Part shown: piece by piece, positions 10,160 through 21,989 of the stretch
How the letters are laid out: each line of letters starts with the position of its first letter
How positions within the stretch are numbered: position 1 is the first letter of the stretch
Translations under genes and position numbers: made by a program
Notes under the pieces: generated by a model
Database searches by the model: none
What the model was told of the DNA's origin: nothing
What the model saw: the letters and a program-made list of their open reading frames with translations, nothing else
DNA from: an uncultured Collinsella sp.
GTDB lineage: Bacteria > Actinomycetota > Coriobacteriia > Coriobacteriales > Coriobacteriaceae
DNA length: 64,000 nucleotides
Reading direction: 5' to 3'
NCBI GenBank assembly: GCA_958445895.1
Contig: CAUCTV010000004.1
Location: 716 to 64,715, forward strand

Positions 10160-10341
10160 CACGGCGGCGCACGGTCAATACAAACATCTCAAGCCCGGTG
10201 TGAGGGTGTTCAACTTGAGCTTGTGCCCTTTGACGGGTCGTTATTTTCAAAATGCTGCTGTAATCCACGACACGGGTTGAGCGCCTTCCCAATAATGGGC
10301 CACGCCGATCTGTGGCGCATGTCCGATGATACCGCGCCTGC

Positions 10342-11040
10342 CTACAGGTCGCGTGCTCGATAGACCTTGGTACTGATGGCGCAACTCAGTGCAAAGAGCA
10401 CGAGGGCCAGTACGGCAATTCCTGCGCACAGGCAGCCGAGGACGACGGGATCGGGATTTGCTCCGGCAATCGACATAAGCCAGTTGCTAATGGGGTTGGA
10501 GGAGCTCAGCGTGGCCATGGCAAGGCACCCGAGCAGGGCAAACAGGCCAACGGATAGGCGCAGCGCCTCCATGTGTCCAAGGCGAAAGAACAGCGGCTGC
10601 GCCAAAAACACCATCATGAGGGAGATGAGCATCGATGCTGCCGAGGCTATTGCGATCTCAAAGACCGTCTGTCCCGTCGAAGGAATGCCCGCGCTGTTGA
10701 AGAGCGGGATGGCGACGATACTCAAAAGCGTAGCTGCACATGCCATGGCGGCGGAGAAGACAATAACGCTCAGGTAGCGGGCACAAATAATGTCTTTGCG
10801 CGAGAAGGGCAGCGTTGCCCGATAACGCTCCCATCCGTTTTGATTGTCGAAGCCGGCCAGCGAGCTCATGACCATGATGGGTGACATGGCGCTGACCGCG
10901 CAGGCGCCGGCGCTCATGCCGGAATCGCCGTCCGATGCGTTGGCAAGGGTCAGCACGACGAATATGAACAAGCCGACACCCGCAATGCTCGGGACAAGTG
11001 AGCGAACGATGGCGAGCTCGGACATAAAGGCGCGTTTCAT
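10342..11040 (-). CDS. ABC-2 type transporter permease
   Basis: About 6 TMs, D..NGWERY..TLP.SRKDII.ARY motif; overlaps the ATPase stop. Confidence 0.85.
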   Translation of the reverse strand: MKRAFMSELAIVRSLVPSIAGVGLFIFVVLTLANASDGDSGMSAGACAVSAMSPIMVMSSLAGFDNQNGWERYRATLPFSRKDIICARYLSVIVFSAAMACAATLLSIVAIPLFNSAGIPSTGQTVFEIAIASAASMLISLMMVFLAQPLFFRLGHMEALRLSVGLFALLGCLAMATLSSSNPISNWLMSIAGANPDPVVLGCLCAGIAVLALVLFALSCAISTKVYRARDL

Positions 11041-11918
11041 TTCGAAGCCCCTTTCAGCGTGAGGCGCAGATAGTCATCAATGGTTGCCCGGTCGCAGGGA
11101 ATCTCGGGGAAGGCCTCGAGCGCCTCGCGACGGTTGGGCACGAGCACGTCCACGCTATAGGCGTGGTGGGCGGCACGGGCGCCTTCGACGCAAGCCATGA
11201 GCTCGGACGCCTGTGCTTGGGTGCAGTGGGCGATGCCGGCTCGGTCGGTAATGTCCTCGCGCGGCAGGTCAAACACAATCGAGCCGTTATCGATGCAGAT
11301 GACGCGGTCGGCAGTGCGATCGAGGTCGGATGTAATGTGGCTTGAGAGCAGCACGCTGTGCTGGCCGTCGGCGACAAAGGCAAGCAACTCGTCGAGCAGT
11401 TCCTCGCGCGCCATGGGATCGAGGCCCGCGGTGGCTTCGTCCAAAACGAGCAGCTTAGCATTGTGACTGAGCGCGCAGGCGAGCTGCAGCTTCATGCCCA
11501 TGCCGCGGGAGAGGTCCTTGACCTTCGTCTTGGGATCGAGGCCAAATCGGTCGATGAATCCGGCGAACGTTTCGCAGCTCCACGTGGGGTATGCCGGGCC
11601 TACGAGCCTCTCGACCTGGCCCACCTTGAGCGTGGAGGGGAAGGGACACGTGTCCAGGACAAGCCCGATGCGGGAGCGCAGGTGGCGCTGCGTCTCGTCG
11701 GGCGCGTTGGCGTCGCAGCGCTGTCCAAGCAGATGCACCTCGCCGGCATCGAGCTTTATAAGCCCAAGCGCGGCGCGAATGGTCGTCGTCTTGCCGGCGC
11801 CATTTGCGCCCACAAAGCCAACGATCTGGCCGGGCTCCACGGCGAGTGTGACCACTCGCAACGAAAAACGGTCGCTCACACGGCGTGAGATGCCTTTGAG
11901 TTCTAAAAGGTTTTGCAT
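11037..11918 (-). CDS. ABC transporter ATP-binding protein (YtrB-like)
   Basis: GANGAGKTT, LSRGM, LLVLDEAT, SSH; likely start MQNLLELK at 11918 (the ORF-track extension overlaps the GntR gene). Confidence 0.93.
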   Translation of the reverse strand: MQNLLELKGISRRVSDRFSLRVVTLAVEPGQIVGFVGANGAGKTTTIRAALGLIKLDAGEVHLLGQRCDANAPDETQRHLRSRIGLVLDTCPFPSTLKVGQVERLVGPAYPTWSCETFAGFIDRFGLDPKTKVKDLSRGMGMKLQLACALSHNAKLLVLDEATAGLDPMAREELLDELLAFVADGQHSVLLSSHITSDLDRTADRVICIDNGSIVFDLPREDITDRAGIAHCTQAQASELMACVEGARAAHHAYSVDVLVPNRREALEAFPEIPCDRATIDDYLRLTLKGASK

Positions 11919-11941
11919 GGTATAGCCTTTCTTGCAGATGG

Positions 11942-12322
11942 CTACTGCATGGTTTCGGGGGCTACCAGGTCGAGCATCTCGTGCAGCTTGTCGCGCGTAA
12001 CGCCCAGGGCTTCGGCTTGGCTCGCCGCTTTCGCAAGCAGTTCTTCGATATGGCAGAGCTGGTTTTCGCGCAAGAGCTCCTGGTTGCCCTCGGCGACAAA
12101 ACAGCCCTTGCCCTGCACGGTGCAGATAAAGCCGAGTTGCTCCAGGTCGGCGTAGGCGCGCTTGGTGGTGATGACACTCACGCCAAGATCGCTCGCGAGT
12201 GCACGGATACTGGGGAGTTTGGCTCCCGCCGCGAGCGTGCCCGAAAGGATCTGAGCTTTGACTTGCGAGGCTATTTGCTCGTAGATGGGCTTGTCGCTCG
12301 AATTGGATAGGATGATGTCCAC
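11942..12322 (-). CDS. GntR-family regulator, YtrA subfamily
   Basis: PIYEQI...LPSIRALA.DLGVSVITTKRAY..LE...GKG; short C-terminal helix; heads an ABC operon. Confidence 0.93.
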   Translation of the reverse strand: MDIILSNSSDKPIYEQIASQVKAQILSGTLAAGAKLPSIRALASDLGVSVITTKRAYADLEQLGFICTVQGKGCFVAEGNQELLRENQLCHIEELLAKAASQAEALGVTRDKLHEMLDLVAPETMQ

Positions 12323-12349
12323 AGCGGCTCCTTAGCTGTTGGGCTACAC

Positions 12350-12383
12350 GTGTATATAACCGGTAAGCACAGTATATATACAC
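12350..12383. promoter_or_regulatory. Putative YtrA/GntR operator
   Basis: Perfect inverted repeat GTGTATATA-N16-TATATACAC, AT-rich, about 30 nt upstream of the GntR start. Confidence 0.65.
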
Positions 12384-12537
12384 TATGTACAGTTACGCAA
12401 GAGACAAATTCGGATTGGGCCGGCTACCCAGGCCCCAACTGATGAATTTGTCCTGATAGGCGCCCTAGAGCGGGATTTCGCGGCTACAATAGTGCGGTTA
12501 CAACGACGTAATGCACTCAATGCAAGAAAGGATCCGC

Positions 12538-14151
<1,614 letters not shown>

Positions 14152-14158
14152 CGCACCG

Positions 14159-14191
14159 GCGCGGTGGCCTTGCGGGGCTGCCGCGCCGTTT
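14159..14191 (+). terminator. Probable terminator after prfC
   Basis: GC-rich hairpin GCGCGGTGGCC/GGCTGCCGCGC followed by a short T-tract. Confidence 0.55.
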
Positions 14192-14251
14192 GCTTGCCTG
14201 ATGCCGTGTGAGCGGCTATCATACCCACCGTCGTCTCAAGACCGGGGCGTC

Positions 14252-14301
14252 CGAGCAGTTCGGGTCCGATATCCTGCTCGTTAAACCTAAAACCAAAGGA
14301 G
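14252..14301 (+). ncRNA. preQ1-I riboswitch
   Basis: Stem CGAGCAG/CTGCTCG, G-UUCG...AUC-C loop signature, A-rich tail TTAAACCTAAAACC running into SD AAGGAG, directly upstream of a queuosine-precursor transporter. Confidence 0.78.
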
Positions 14302-14307
14302 TACATA

Positions 14308-15030
14308 ATGATCAAGAAGGTCATGGAGGACTACAAGGTCCTGTTGCGGAGCATTCCCGCGGCAACGGTTTCGCTGTTTTTCGTGAGCGTTATCATGATG
14401 AACCTGCTGGCCAACAAAGAGCTTATCAGCCTGCCGTATCTGGCACTCGATTGCGGCTTTGTGGTGAGCTGGGTTTCGTTTTTGTGCCAGGACATGATCT
14501 GCAAGCGCTTTGGCGCCAAGGCATCCATCAAAATCTCTATCCTCGCGCTGCTGGTCAACCTGGCCGTGAGCCTGTGCTTTTGGGCATGCTCGCTCACGCC
14601 CGGCATGTGGGGTGCCTACTACGACACGGGTATGATCGAGGTCAACGCCGCCCTTAACGCCACCATCGGCGGCACCTGGTACGTGGTGCTGGGCTCTTCG
14701 CTGGCAATGCTCGTTTCTGCCGTGGTTAACTCCACGCTCAACCAGTCGCTCGGCCGCATGCTCAAAAAGAATAACTTTGCGAGCTTTGCCTTCCGCTCTT
14801 ATGTGTCCACGGGTGTTGGCCAGTTTATCGACAACTTGGTCTTTGCCATTGTGGTGAGCCACACGTTCTTTGGTTGGACCTGGGTGCAGGTCCTTATGTG
14901 CTCGCTGACCGGCGCTGTCGCCGAGCTGCTGTGCGAGGTCTTTCTGAGCCCCGTGGGCTATAAGGTCGTGCGCGGCTGGGAGCGCGAGAATGTGGGCTCC
15001 GAGTACCTCGAGCGCCACGCAGCTGCCTAA
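14308..15030 (+). CDS. VUT/YhhQ (COG1738) queuosine-precursor transporter
   Basis: About 6 TMs; MNLLANK, DMICKRFG.K.S, GSSLA..VS..VN, FRSYVST.VGQFIDNLVF pattern; preQ1 riboswitch upstream. Confidence 0.85.
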   Translation: MIKKVMEDYKVLLRSIPAATVSLFFVSVIMMNLLANKELISLPYLALDCGFVVSWVSFLCQDMICKRFGAKASIKISILALLVNLAVSLCFWACSLTPGMWGAYYDTGMIEVNAALNATIGGTWYVVLGSSLAMLVSAVVNSTLNQSLGRMLKKNNFASFAFRSYVSTGVGQFIDNLVFAIVVSHTFFGWTWVQVLMCSLTGAVAELLCEVFLSPVGYKVVRGWERENVGSEYLERHAAA

Positions 15031-15039
15031 GGAGCACCT

Positions 15040-15720
15040 ATGCGGGTTTTGATCACGGGCGCTTCGGGCGGCATTGGAGCCGCGTGCGTGCAGCGCTTTT
15101 TGGACGAGGGCCACGAGGTCGTGGGCTTTGATCTGCTGCCGGCGGCCGTCGAGCACGAGCGCTATCGCCATCTGATCGTTGATGTCCGCGAGCCGGACTC
15201 GTTTCCAGACGGCCTTGAGCCTCAGGCGATCGTAAACGTTGCCGGCACGCAAGATTCGGCCGACGACATCGCTGCCAACCTGCGTGGCACCATCAACGTG
15301 ACCGAGCGCTATGCCTTTGCGGGGGAGGGGCTTGCCGCCAAGCCGGCGCCTGCTATCCAATCCGTGGTCAATGTGGGGTCGGCGAGCGGACATACGGGAT
15401 CGGAGTTTCCCGCCTATGCTGCCAGCAAGGGCGGCGTTATCGCCTACACCAAGAACCTTGCAAACCGCCTGGCGCCGCAGGCCATCGCCAACAGTGTGGA
15501 CCCGGGCGGCGTTATCACGCCGCTCAACCGTTGCGTGATGGAGGACGAGCACCTGTGGAGTCAGATTATGGAGCTCACGCCGCTTAAGCGCTGGGCCACC
15601 GCCCAAGAGATCGCCGAGTGGATCTACTTTGTGGGCGTGACCAACCGGTTTATGACCGGGCAGAGTCTGCTCATTGACGGTGGCGAGGCCGGCCGCACGC
15701 AGTTTATTTGGCCCGAGTAA
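15040..15720 (+). CDS. Classical short-chain dehydrogenase/reductase (SDR), likely NAD(H)-dependent
   Basis: TGASGGIG, acidic residue after beta2 (VGFD), NVAG, S...YAASK triad, NSVDPG, MTGQSLLIDGG; AAGGAG RBS overlaps the transporter stop. Confidence 0.92.
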   Translation: MRVLITGASGGIGAACVQRFLDEGHEVVGFDLLPAAVEHERYRHLIVDVREPDSFPDGLEPQAIVNVAGTQDSADDIAANLRGTINVTERYAFAGEGLAAKPAPAIQSVVNVGSASGHTGSEFPAYAASKGGVIAYTKNLANRLAPQAIANSVDPGGVITPLNRCVMEDEHLWSQIMELTPLKRWATAQEIAEWIYFVGVTNRFMTGQSLLIDGGEAGRTQFIWPE

Positions 15721-15721
15721 C

Positions 15722-15761
15722 AAAACGCGCCCGATGGCAAGATGCCGTCGGGCGCGTTTTT
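15722..15761. terminator. Intrinsic terminator closing the transporter-SDR operon
   Basis: AAAACGCGCCCGATGGCA/TGCCGTCGGGCGCGTTTTT hairpin. Confidence 0.85.
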
Positions 15762-15834
15762 GCATCTTAATAGGGTACTTTGGTGGAGCATCATCTCTGA
15801 AAAGTGCTTTTGGGCTGGTAGAATGAACGCCTGA

Positions 15835-17496
15835 ATGAAAAAAGGGGGCATATTGGGGCTGTTCGGTTCACACGAGAAGCGCGACGCGGACCGAGCGCGT
15901 CGACTGTTTGAAGAGGCGCTTGCACAGCAAGGGCCCAACGTTGCGCTGGTTTTGCGCGTCGACGACTGTCTTCCGCTCTATATCACCCCAAATTTCGAGC
16001 GCATATTTGGTGTATCGCCCGAGCGTATTAGCGACGACATCGAGACGCTGTACCGCTTTATCCCCGATAGCGACCGTGTTCGCATGCAGCGACAGGTGAG
16101 GGATTGGGACCGGGCGACTCCGCTAAACCTTCTGTGCTCCTACCATGCGCCCCATGGAGCAAAATCGCAGCTCAGCATAAGGTTTACGATTTCGCTCATA
16201 CAGAACGGCACCCAGTACCTGGTTTCTGCAGTCGACGTGACGACCGAAAGCGAGCGCATCGCCAAGGCGGAGGCCGAGCGCGATCGCGCCGTCGAGACCG
16301 CCAACGCGCGCACCGACTATATGAACCAGATGAGCCACGAGATCCGCACGCCGCTCAATGGCATCGAGGGCATGATCTCGCTTGCCCGCGAGCATCATGC
16401 GGATGAGTCGCGCCTGATGGATGACCTGTCTCGCGCCTCGCAGCTTTCTGTCTATTTGCTTTCGCTTATCAACGACATGCTCGACATGAGCCGCCTCAAC
16501 AGCGGGCGCGTGCGCATTGACGATGCACCGTTTGATTTGCGTCTGTTTGCCGACGAGATTGAACGCATGTTTACCTCGCAGGCAGCCGACAAGGGGCTTA
16601 CGTACTCGGTTATTCTCGAGGACTGCGAAAACGTCTTTGTCGTGGGCGATCGCATGCGCCTGTCGCAGGTCGTCATCAACTTTATTTCCAACGCGGTCAA
16701 GTTTACCGAGCGGGGCGGCAGCGTTACCGTAACCCTGCGCGAGATGTACCGGACAGACGACGGCGTGAGTTATATGCTGCGCGTGCGCGACACGGGCAAG
16801 GGCATGGACCCGCGCTACATCAGCAAGATCTTTAAGCCGTTTGAGCAGGAGGACCGCACCATTGCGCGCCGCTACGGCGGAACGGGCTTGGGTATGGCCA
16901 TCACGAGCGCGCTCGTCGACCTGATGGGCGGCGAGATCGTCGTCGATACCGAGCCCGGACGCGGCTCAACGTTTTCGGCCTACATTCCGCTGCGACTTGC
17001 CACGCCGGAGCAGGTCGAGGAGCTCAAGATTAAAGGGCAGACGCTCGAGACGGCTCCCGATTCCCTTGGTTCGTCGTTTACCTACCAGTTTGAGGGCAAG
17101 CGATTCCTGTTGGCCGAGGATAACGAAATCAATGCCATGATCGTGATTGAGCTGCTGGCAAGACGAGGCGCGGCGGTCGAGCGTGCCGAGAACGGCCAAG
17201 CGGTCGTTGAGCGATTCCGGAGCATGCCCGCGGGTACGTACGATACGATCCTCATGGATATTCAGATGCCCGTGCTCAACGGCTGGGAAGCGGCCGAGCA
17301 GATACGAGGACTTAATCATGAGGATGCCGCCGCCATTCCCATCATTGCGCTTTCCGCCAATGACTACACCGAGGACGTTGAGCGCTCGCTCGCCGCGGGC
17401 ATGAACGGACATGTGGGCAAGCCCATTGATCTGAACGTTTTGAAAGCACAGCTGGCGGCCGCGATGGCAGAGGCAGCTTACCGAGGAAATGAGTAA
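15835..17496 (+). CDS. Soluble PAS-domain hybrid histidine kinase / receiver
   Basis: PAS-like [40 protein letters not shown], receiver LLAEDN...MDIQMP; no obvious TM. Confidence 0.92.
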   Translation: MKKGGILGLFGSHEKRDADRARRLFEEALAQQGPNVALVLRVDDCLPLYITPNFERIFGVSPERISDDIETLYRFIPDSDRVRMQRQVRDWDRATPLNLLCSYHAPHGAKSQLSIRFTISLIQNGTQYLVSAVDVTTESERIAKAEAERDRAVETANARTDYMNQMSHEIRTPLNGIEGMISLAREHHADESRLMDDLSRASQLSVYLLSLINDMLDMSRLNSGRVRIDDAPFDLRLFADEIERMFTSQAADKGLTYSVILEDCENVFVVGDRMRLSQVVINFISNAVKFTERGGSVTVTLREMYRTDDGVSYMLRVRDTGKGMDPRYISKIFKPFEQEDRTIARRYGGTGLGMAITSALVDLMGGEIVVDTEPGRGSTFSAYIPLRLATPEQVEELKIKGQTLETAPDSLGSSFTYQFEGKRFLLAEDNEINAMIVIELLARRGAAVERAENGQAVVERFRSMPAGTYDTILMDIQMPVLNGWEAAEQIRGLNHEDAAAIPIIALSANDYTEDVERSLAAGMNGHVGKPIDLNVLKAQLAAAMAEAAYRGNE

Positions 17497-17498
17497 CC

Positions 17499-18452
17499 GT
17501 GATCGTCGAACAGTCAAGCAGCATCATCAACGAAGTGAGCCGCGCCCTGCTGGGCAAGCACGATGTGATTGAGAAGGCCCTCATGGCTATCTACGCTGGC
17601 GGTCATATCCTGTTAGAGGATGTGCCCGGTACCGGCAAGACGACGCTGGCCCTGGCGCTTTCGCGCACGCTGGGTCTGGACTTTAAGCGTGTGCAATTTA
17701 CGCCCGATACGCTGCCCTCGGACATTACGGGCTTTACGATGTTCGACCGCGACTCCGGTACGTTTCGCTTTGTGTGGGGCGCCGTCAACTGCAACATGCT
17801 GCTGGGCGACGAGATCAACCGTACCAGCGCAAAGACGCAGTCGGCCCTGCTCGAGGTTATGGAAGAACGCGCGGTGACTATCGACGGGCAGACGCATCAG
17901 GTCCCGCGTCCCTTTGTGTGTATCGCAACCGAGAACCCGGTGGGCTCGGCGGGCACGCAACCGCTGCCCGATAGCCAGCTCGATCGCTTTATGGTTCGCC
18001 TGTCTGTTGGCTATCCGTCGCGCCAGGACCAGATCGATATCCTCAAGGCACGTCGCTATGCCAACCCGCTCGACGACATTAAGCCCATGGTTGCCTGCGA
18101 TGACCTGCTCGATATCCAAAACTACCTGGGCAATGTACAGGTTGCCGACACGGTGCTGGATTATATCGTCCGCCTGTGCGAGGAGACCCGTAATGACGGT
18201 CTTGTTGAGCTGGGTGTGAGCCCCCGCGGCATTATCGCGCTCACGCGTATGGCGCGCGCCTGCGCTTTGATTCGCGAGCGCGACTATGTGGTGCCCGAGG
18301 ACGTGCGCGAGGTATTTAAGGCTGTTTGCGCCCACCGTCTCGTTTTACGCCCCCAGGCCCGTATTGAATCGATTGGCGCCGCCGACGTCCTCGACCGCAT
18401 CCTCGCTGCCGTTCCCGCCCCGTCTATGGGTCAGGTTCGCGGCCGCTCGTAG
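17499..18452 (+). CDS. MoxR-family AAA+ ATPase
   Basis: GGHILLEDVPGTGKT, RVQFTPDTLPSDITG, DEINR...KTQSALLE.MEE, QLDRF. Confidence 0.96.
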   Translation: MIVEQSSSIINEVSRALLGKHDVIEKALMAIYAGGHILLEDVPGTGKTTLALALSRTLGLDFKRVQFTPDTLPSDITGFTMFDRDSGTFRFVWGAVNCNMLLGDEINRTSAKTQSALLEVMEERAVTIDGQTHQVPRPFVCIATENPVGSAGTQPLPDSQLDRFMVRLSVGYPSRQDQIDILKARRYANPLDDIKPMVACDDLLDIQNYLGNVQVADTVLDYIVRLCEETRNDGLVELGVSPRGIIALTRMARACALIRERDYVVPEDVREVFKAVCAHRLVLRPQARIESIGAADVLDRILAAVPAPSMGQVRGRS

Positions 18453-18487
18453 CGGATCGTTTACCTTTTGCGTCCTACGTTACGCCC

Positions 18488-19660
18488 ATGATTGCCAACA
18501 AGATTACCTATATCGTGTCCGTCGCGCTCCTGCTCGCCACGTTCGTGTTTACCGCCAATGCGGCTGCGCTTGCTGCTGCCGCGGCGTTGATCGCCATGCC
18601 CGTGATTACGGTGGCGGCGTGCCGTTCGAGCGTTGCCTTGCTTAAGCTTAGCTTTGAGCTTCCTCGGTCGTGTGTTGTAAACGCGCCTCTTGTATTGCGC
18701 ATCACACTGGATCGCCCGCTTATGTTTCGCGGTCGTATGGAGCTGTCGTTTTCGGTTTATAACCAGCTGACGGGAGCGCGGACAGTCTATCCCGTAAGTC
18801 TTGCCCCCGCGACGGGCAGGCCCGCTTTGTTTGAGCTGGAGCTCGATTCGACCGTCTGCGGTGCGCACACGATTACCCTTGACACCGCGCGCCTGGTCGA
18901 TGAGATGGGCTTTACGTCGCTTGCTCTCGGGAATGCAGACTTTCATGGGTTGTTTACGGTCTATCCCGAGGTGCTCGACATCCAGGTTGTTCCTAACCAA
19001 AGTGCTTCTGCCGGTCTTGAGGGCACGAGCTACGATCCCCATCGAAGCGGCCAAGATGCCTCCGAGGTCTTTGACATAAGGCCCTATCACGAGGGTGATG
19101 CCGTTAAGTCGATTCACTGGAAGCTGTCGACGCGTTTTGACGACATGCTGGTGCGCGAGGCTTCGCGCCCACAAGACCACGCTATTGCCATCTTGTTTGG
19201 TGCGTTTGCGTGCGACTTTGAGCACGCAAGCCACGCTGAGGTTCTTTCTGCGGTGCTGGGTTTTACCGCATCGATATCGCTGGCGCTTATGCGTCAGGGA
19301 TACCATCATGTGGTCGTGGCTGCCCCCGAAGGCTCTTTGGCTGTCTATCCCGTTGATGACCGACGTGGGTTCAATAGGATGCTTGATGCTTTGACGGCAA
19401 CGCCGCTCGGCCCTGCCTATCCAACATCGCACGAGCACTATGCCAAGCTCGTGGCAGCAAAGGGCATTGGCAAAACGGTGCTGGTAACGGTGGGCGTCGA
19501 TGAACAGGCCTATATCGAGATAGGCCGTCTGACCGATCTATCGGTACTCCATGTGTCGGATTCGGTCGAGTCGTATAGCATCGAGCACGGAGCCAACTAC
19601 ATCATCACGCATTGCCCGGTATCGAGTGATTCGGCCCGTATCAAGAGTCTGGAGCTCTAA
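18488..19660 (+). CDS. DUF58 domain protein
   Basis: N-terminal TMs, EVFDIRPYHEGD.VKSIHWKLS.R...MLVRE motif; follows MoxR. Confidence 0.9.
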   Translation: MIANKITYIVSVALLLATFVFTANAAALAAAAALIAMPVITVAACRSSVALLKLSFELPRSCVVNAPLVLRITLDRPLMFRGRMELSFSVYNQLTGARTVYPVSLAPATGRPALFELELDSTVCGAHTITLDTARLVDEMGFTSLALGNADFHGLFTVYPEVLDIQVVPNQSASAGLEGTSYDPHRSGQDASEVFDIRPYHEGDAVKSIHWKLSTRFDDMLVREASRPQDHAIAILFGAFACDFEHASHAEVLSAVLGFTASISLALMRQGYHHVVVAAPEGSLAVYPVDDRRGFNRMLDALTATPLGPAYPTSHEHYAKLVAAKGIGKTVLVTVGVDEQAYIEIGRLTDLSVLHVSDSVESYSIEHGANYIITHCPVSSDSARIKSLEL

Positions 19661-19661
19661 G

Positions 19662-21974
19662 ATGAACTTTGTGACTCTTACCTCGACGGAGCGCATCGCT
19701 TCGAATGGTCGCGTTGTTGCTATGTTCCTGTCGGTGGCTCCCGCGGTTTTATTGTCTGCGGGCTTCTGCTGCACAATTGCTCGGTGCCTGAGTGCAACGT
19801 ACATGGGGATAATGCTGGCCGTTGCCGTTGGCGTGGCCGTTGCGCTGGGCGCTTTGGGCGTTTTGATGGCTTCGAAAAAGGCTCCCCTCTGGATTGCCTT
19901 GGCTGCGGCGTCCGTAGCGCTTTTATGCGCGCTCTTGATTCCTTCGGCACGCTGGGGCTTCTATGCGTGCGTCAATACCGTTATCGCTCGCGTCAACTCG
20001 ATCTGTGAACTGTATATTCCATTGGTGGCAGACGCCGGCCTGCTGTGTGAATCTGTGCCGCTGGCAGTGCTCGCCGGCATGTTTGCCGGCTCACTCGCCT
20101 GGCTTTTTGCCAACTTGAGCGTTTCGTGGCCCACGCTCTTAATAATCGTTATCTGCGGCTCGGCTTCCATGGCGCTGCAGGCTGGTGATTCTGCGATATC
20201 TATGACACTGGGCGTTGCGGGCTGGCTTGTCCAGTGCCGTGCTGGCGAGTTGCGGGGCTCTACGGTAGGTTTGCCCCAGGTTCTTTTTGGTCTTGGTGGC
20301 CTGTGCGCCGCATGCGGTGTTCTCTTTGCACTGACCGTTGCCCTTGTGCAGCCTCTTCCCGCGTTGTCCGCCCTGTCGGCGTCTGCCGTCAAAGCAGTCC
20401 AGGGCGTTCGATTTGGGGATGATTCGCTGCCCGAGGGCGACCTTTCGCAAGCGGCGGACATGAACGAAGGCGCGTCCACGACGCTGTCGCTTACTGCCGA
20501 CAAGACGCTCGATGACGACCTGCTCATGAAGGGTTTTGTGGGCACGACGTTTGATGGCATGTCTTGGGGGCGCGGCGACTGGATGTCCTACGAGGGCGAA
20601 TGGTCCGGCATGCGTGAATGGCTGCGTCAGAACGGTTTGACGGTAGCCGAGCAACGCGCCGCGTTTGATACCGAGACCGAGCGTGAGGGCGGCGAGCCTG
20701 TCGAGGCGGTTGAGATTTCAGTCAATGCCTCGGGCGCCAACCGCAGATACACCTATGCTCCCTATACACTGCGCTCGCTGAGCGGTGCCGACGCAATGTT
20801 GACGGGCTCGACGATGCTAAGCATGGACCCTTTGCCGTCCAAAACATACAGTGTGACCGTCGATAACGTGCCATCAGATGACGTCATTGCAGATTCGAGC
20901 TGGCTGGCGTCCTCCAAGAGCGACTATGCAAAAAGCGAGCGGGTATACGCCGCTTTCGTTCGCGATAAGTACCTGGACCTTCCCGAAGAGGAGCGGGATG
21001 CCGTTAATACATACCTGTTCTCGAGCGACAGCTGGGATGCTGGGGCGAATGTTTCGGATACAGCCGTGATCAGTCGCGTGCGCACGATGTTGGCTTCGCT
21101 TGCGGGGCAGACGGATAACCCGCCAACCTATACGGGGGCGACGTCGTTTGTCGCGTGGTTCTTGGGCACGGCGCACGAGGGCAACTCTGCCTACTTTGCC
21201 ACGGCGGCGACGCTCGCGTTTCGATCTCAGGGAATTTCCGCGCGCTATGTCGAGGGCTATCAGGCAGCAGATGATCAGCTGGCCGCTGCTGTTGGGGCAG
21301 GCGTGGCGCTCAACTTGACGGCTGCCGATGCGCACGCGTGGACCGAGATCTACCTTGACGGTCAGGGATGGACGCCCGTGGAGGTCACCCCTGGATACTA
21401 TAGCCAGACGCTCGATGCCGATAAGATTATCGATGTGGGCGAGGCATGGAGCAACGGCGTCAACGATAAGACGCTCGATGCGGGCTCGGTCGCAGGACAG
21501 GCCGAGGATAAGCATCGCGAGGATGTGCCGGCAATGCATAACATTCCCGTTGTGGCCAAAGTTGGGGTCGGTTTGATCGGCGCGGTGATTGCCGTCCTGC
21601 TCGCCCTGTTCATTCGCAGGTTTGTCTTGCGCGTTCGACGCAAGCGGGCTATCGAGAGCGATGAGCAGAATATATGCGTGCCGGCGCTCTACGGCTATCT
21701 TGCCCTTGTGATGAACCAAAGCGGTCTCGACGCCTTTGACGAGACCAAGCCGCTCGATTGCCTGGATGCCTTTGCTGCAGTGTTCCCCCAGATTGACCCG
21801 TGGGAATACCGTCGAGCGATTCGACTTCATCAAGCTTATGCGTTTGGTGGCCGCCAGCTTAAACCGAACGAGTTGCGCACGCTCCGACGTTTTACCGAAC
21901 GCCTGCATCGGAGCATGCCGGCTCCGCAAACTGTTATTGAACGCTTCCGCCGCTACATGCTGCACGCGTTGTAG
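19662..21974 (+). CDS. Membrane transglutaminase-like (TgpA-type) protein with catalytic Cys replaced by Ser
   Basis: About 7 N-terminal TMs; GNSAYFATA...RSQGISARYVEGY, HAWTEIY..GQGW.PVEVTP; C-terminal TM. Confidence 0.87.
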   Translation: MNFVTLTSTERIASNGRVVAMFLSVAPAVLLSAGFCCTIARCLSATYMGIMLAVAVGVAVALGALGVLMASKKAPLWIALAAASVALLCALLIPSARWGFYACVNTVIARVNSICELYIPLVADAGLLCESVPLAVLAGMFAGSLAWLFANLSVSWPTLLIIVICGSASMALQAGDSAISMTLGVAGWLVQCRAGELRGSTVGLPQVLFGLGGLCAACGVLFALTVALVQPLPALSALSASAVKAVQGVRFGDDSLPEGDLSQAADMNEGASTTLSLTADKTLDDDLLMKGFVGTTFDGMSWGRGDWMSYEGEWSGMREWLRQNGLTVAEQRAAFDTETEREGGEPVEAVEISVNASGANRRYTYAPYTLRSLSGADAMLTGSTMLSMDPLPSKTYSVTVDNVPSDDVIADSSWLASSKSDYAKSERVYAAFVRDKYLDLPEEERDAVNTYLFSSDSWDAGANVSDTAVISRVRTMLASLAGQTDNPPTYTGATSFVAWFLGTAHEGNSAYFATAATLAFRSQGISARYVEGYQAADDQLAAAVGAGVALNLTAADAHAWTEIYLDGQGWTPVEVTPGYYSQTLDADKIIDVGEAWSNGVNDKTLDAGSVAGQAEDKHREDVPAMHNIPVVAKVGVGLIGAVIAVLLALFIRRFVLRVRRKRAIESDEQNICVPALYGYLALVMNQSGLDAFDETKPLDCLDAFAAVFPQIDPWEYRRAIRLHQAYAFGGRQLKPNELRTLRRFTERLHRSMPAPQTVIERFRRYMLHAL

Positions 21975-21989
21975 AGGGAGTAGGTCTAC

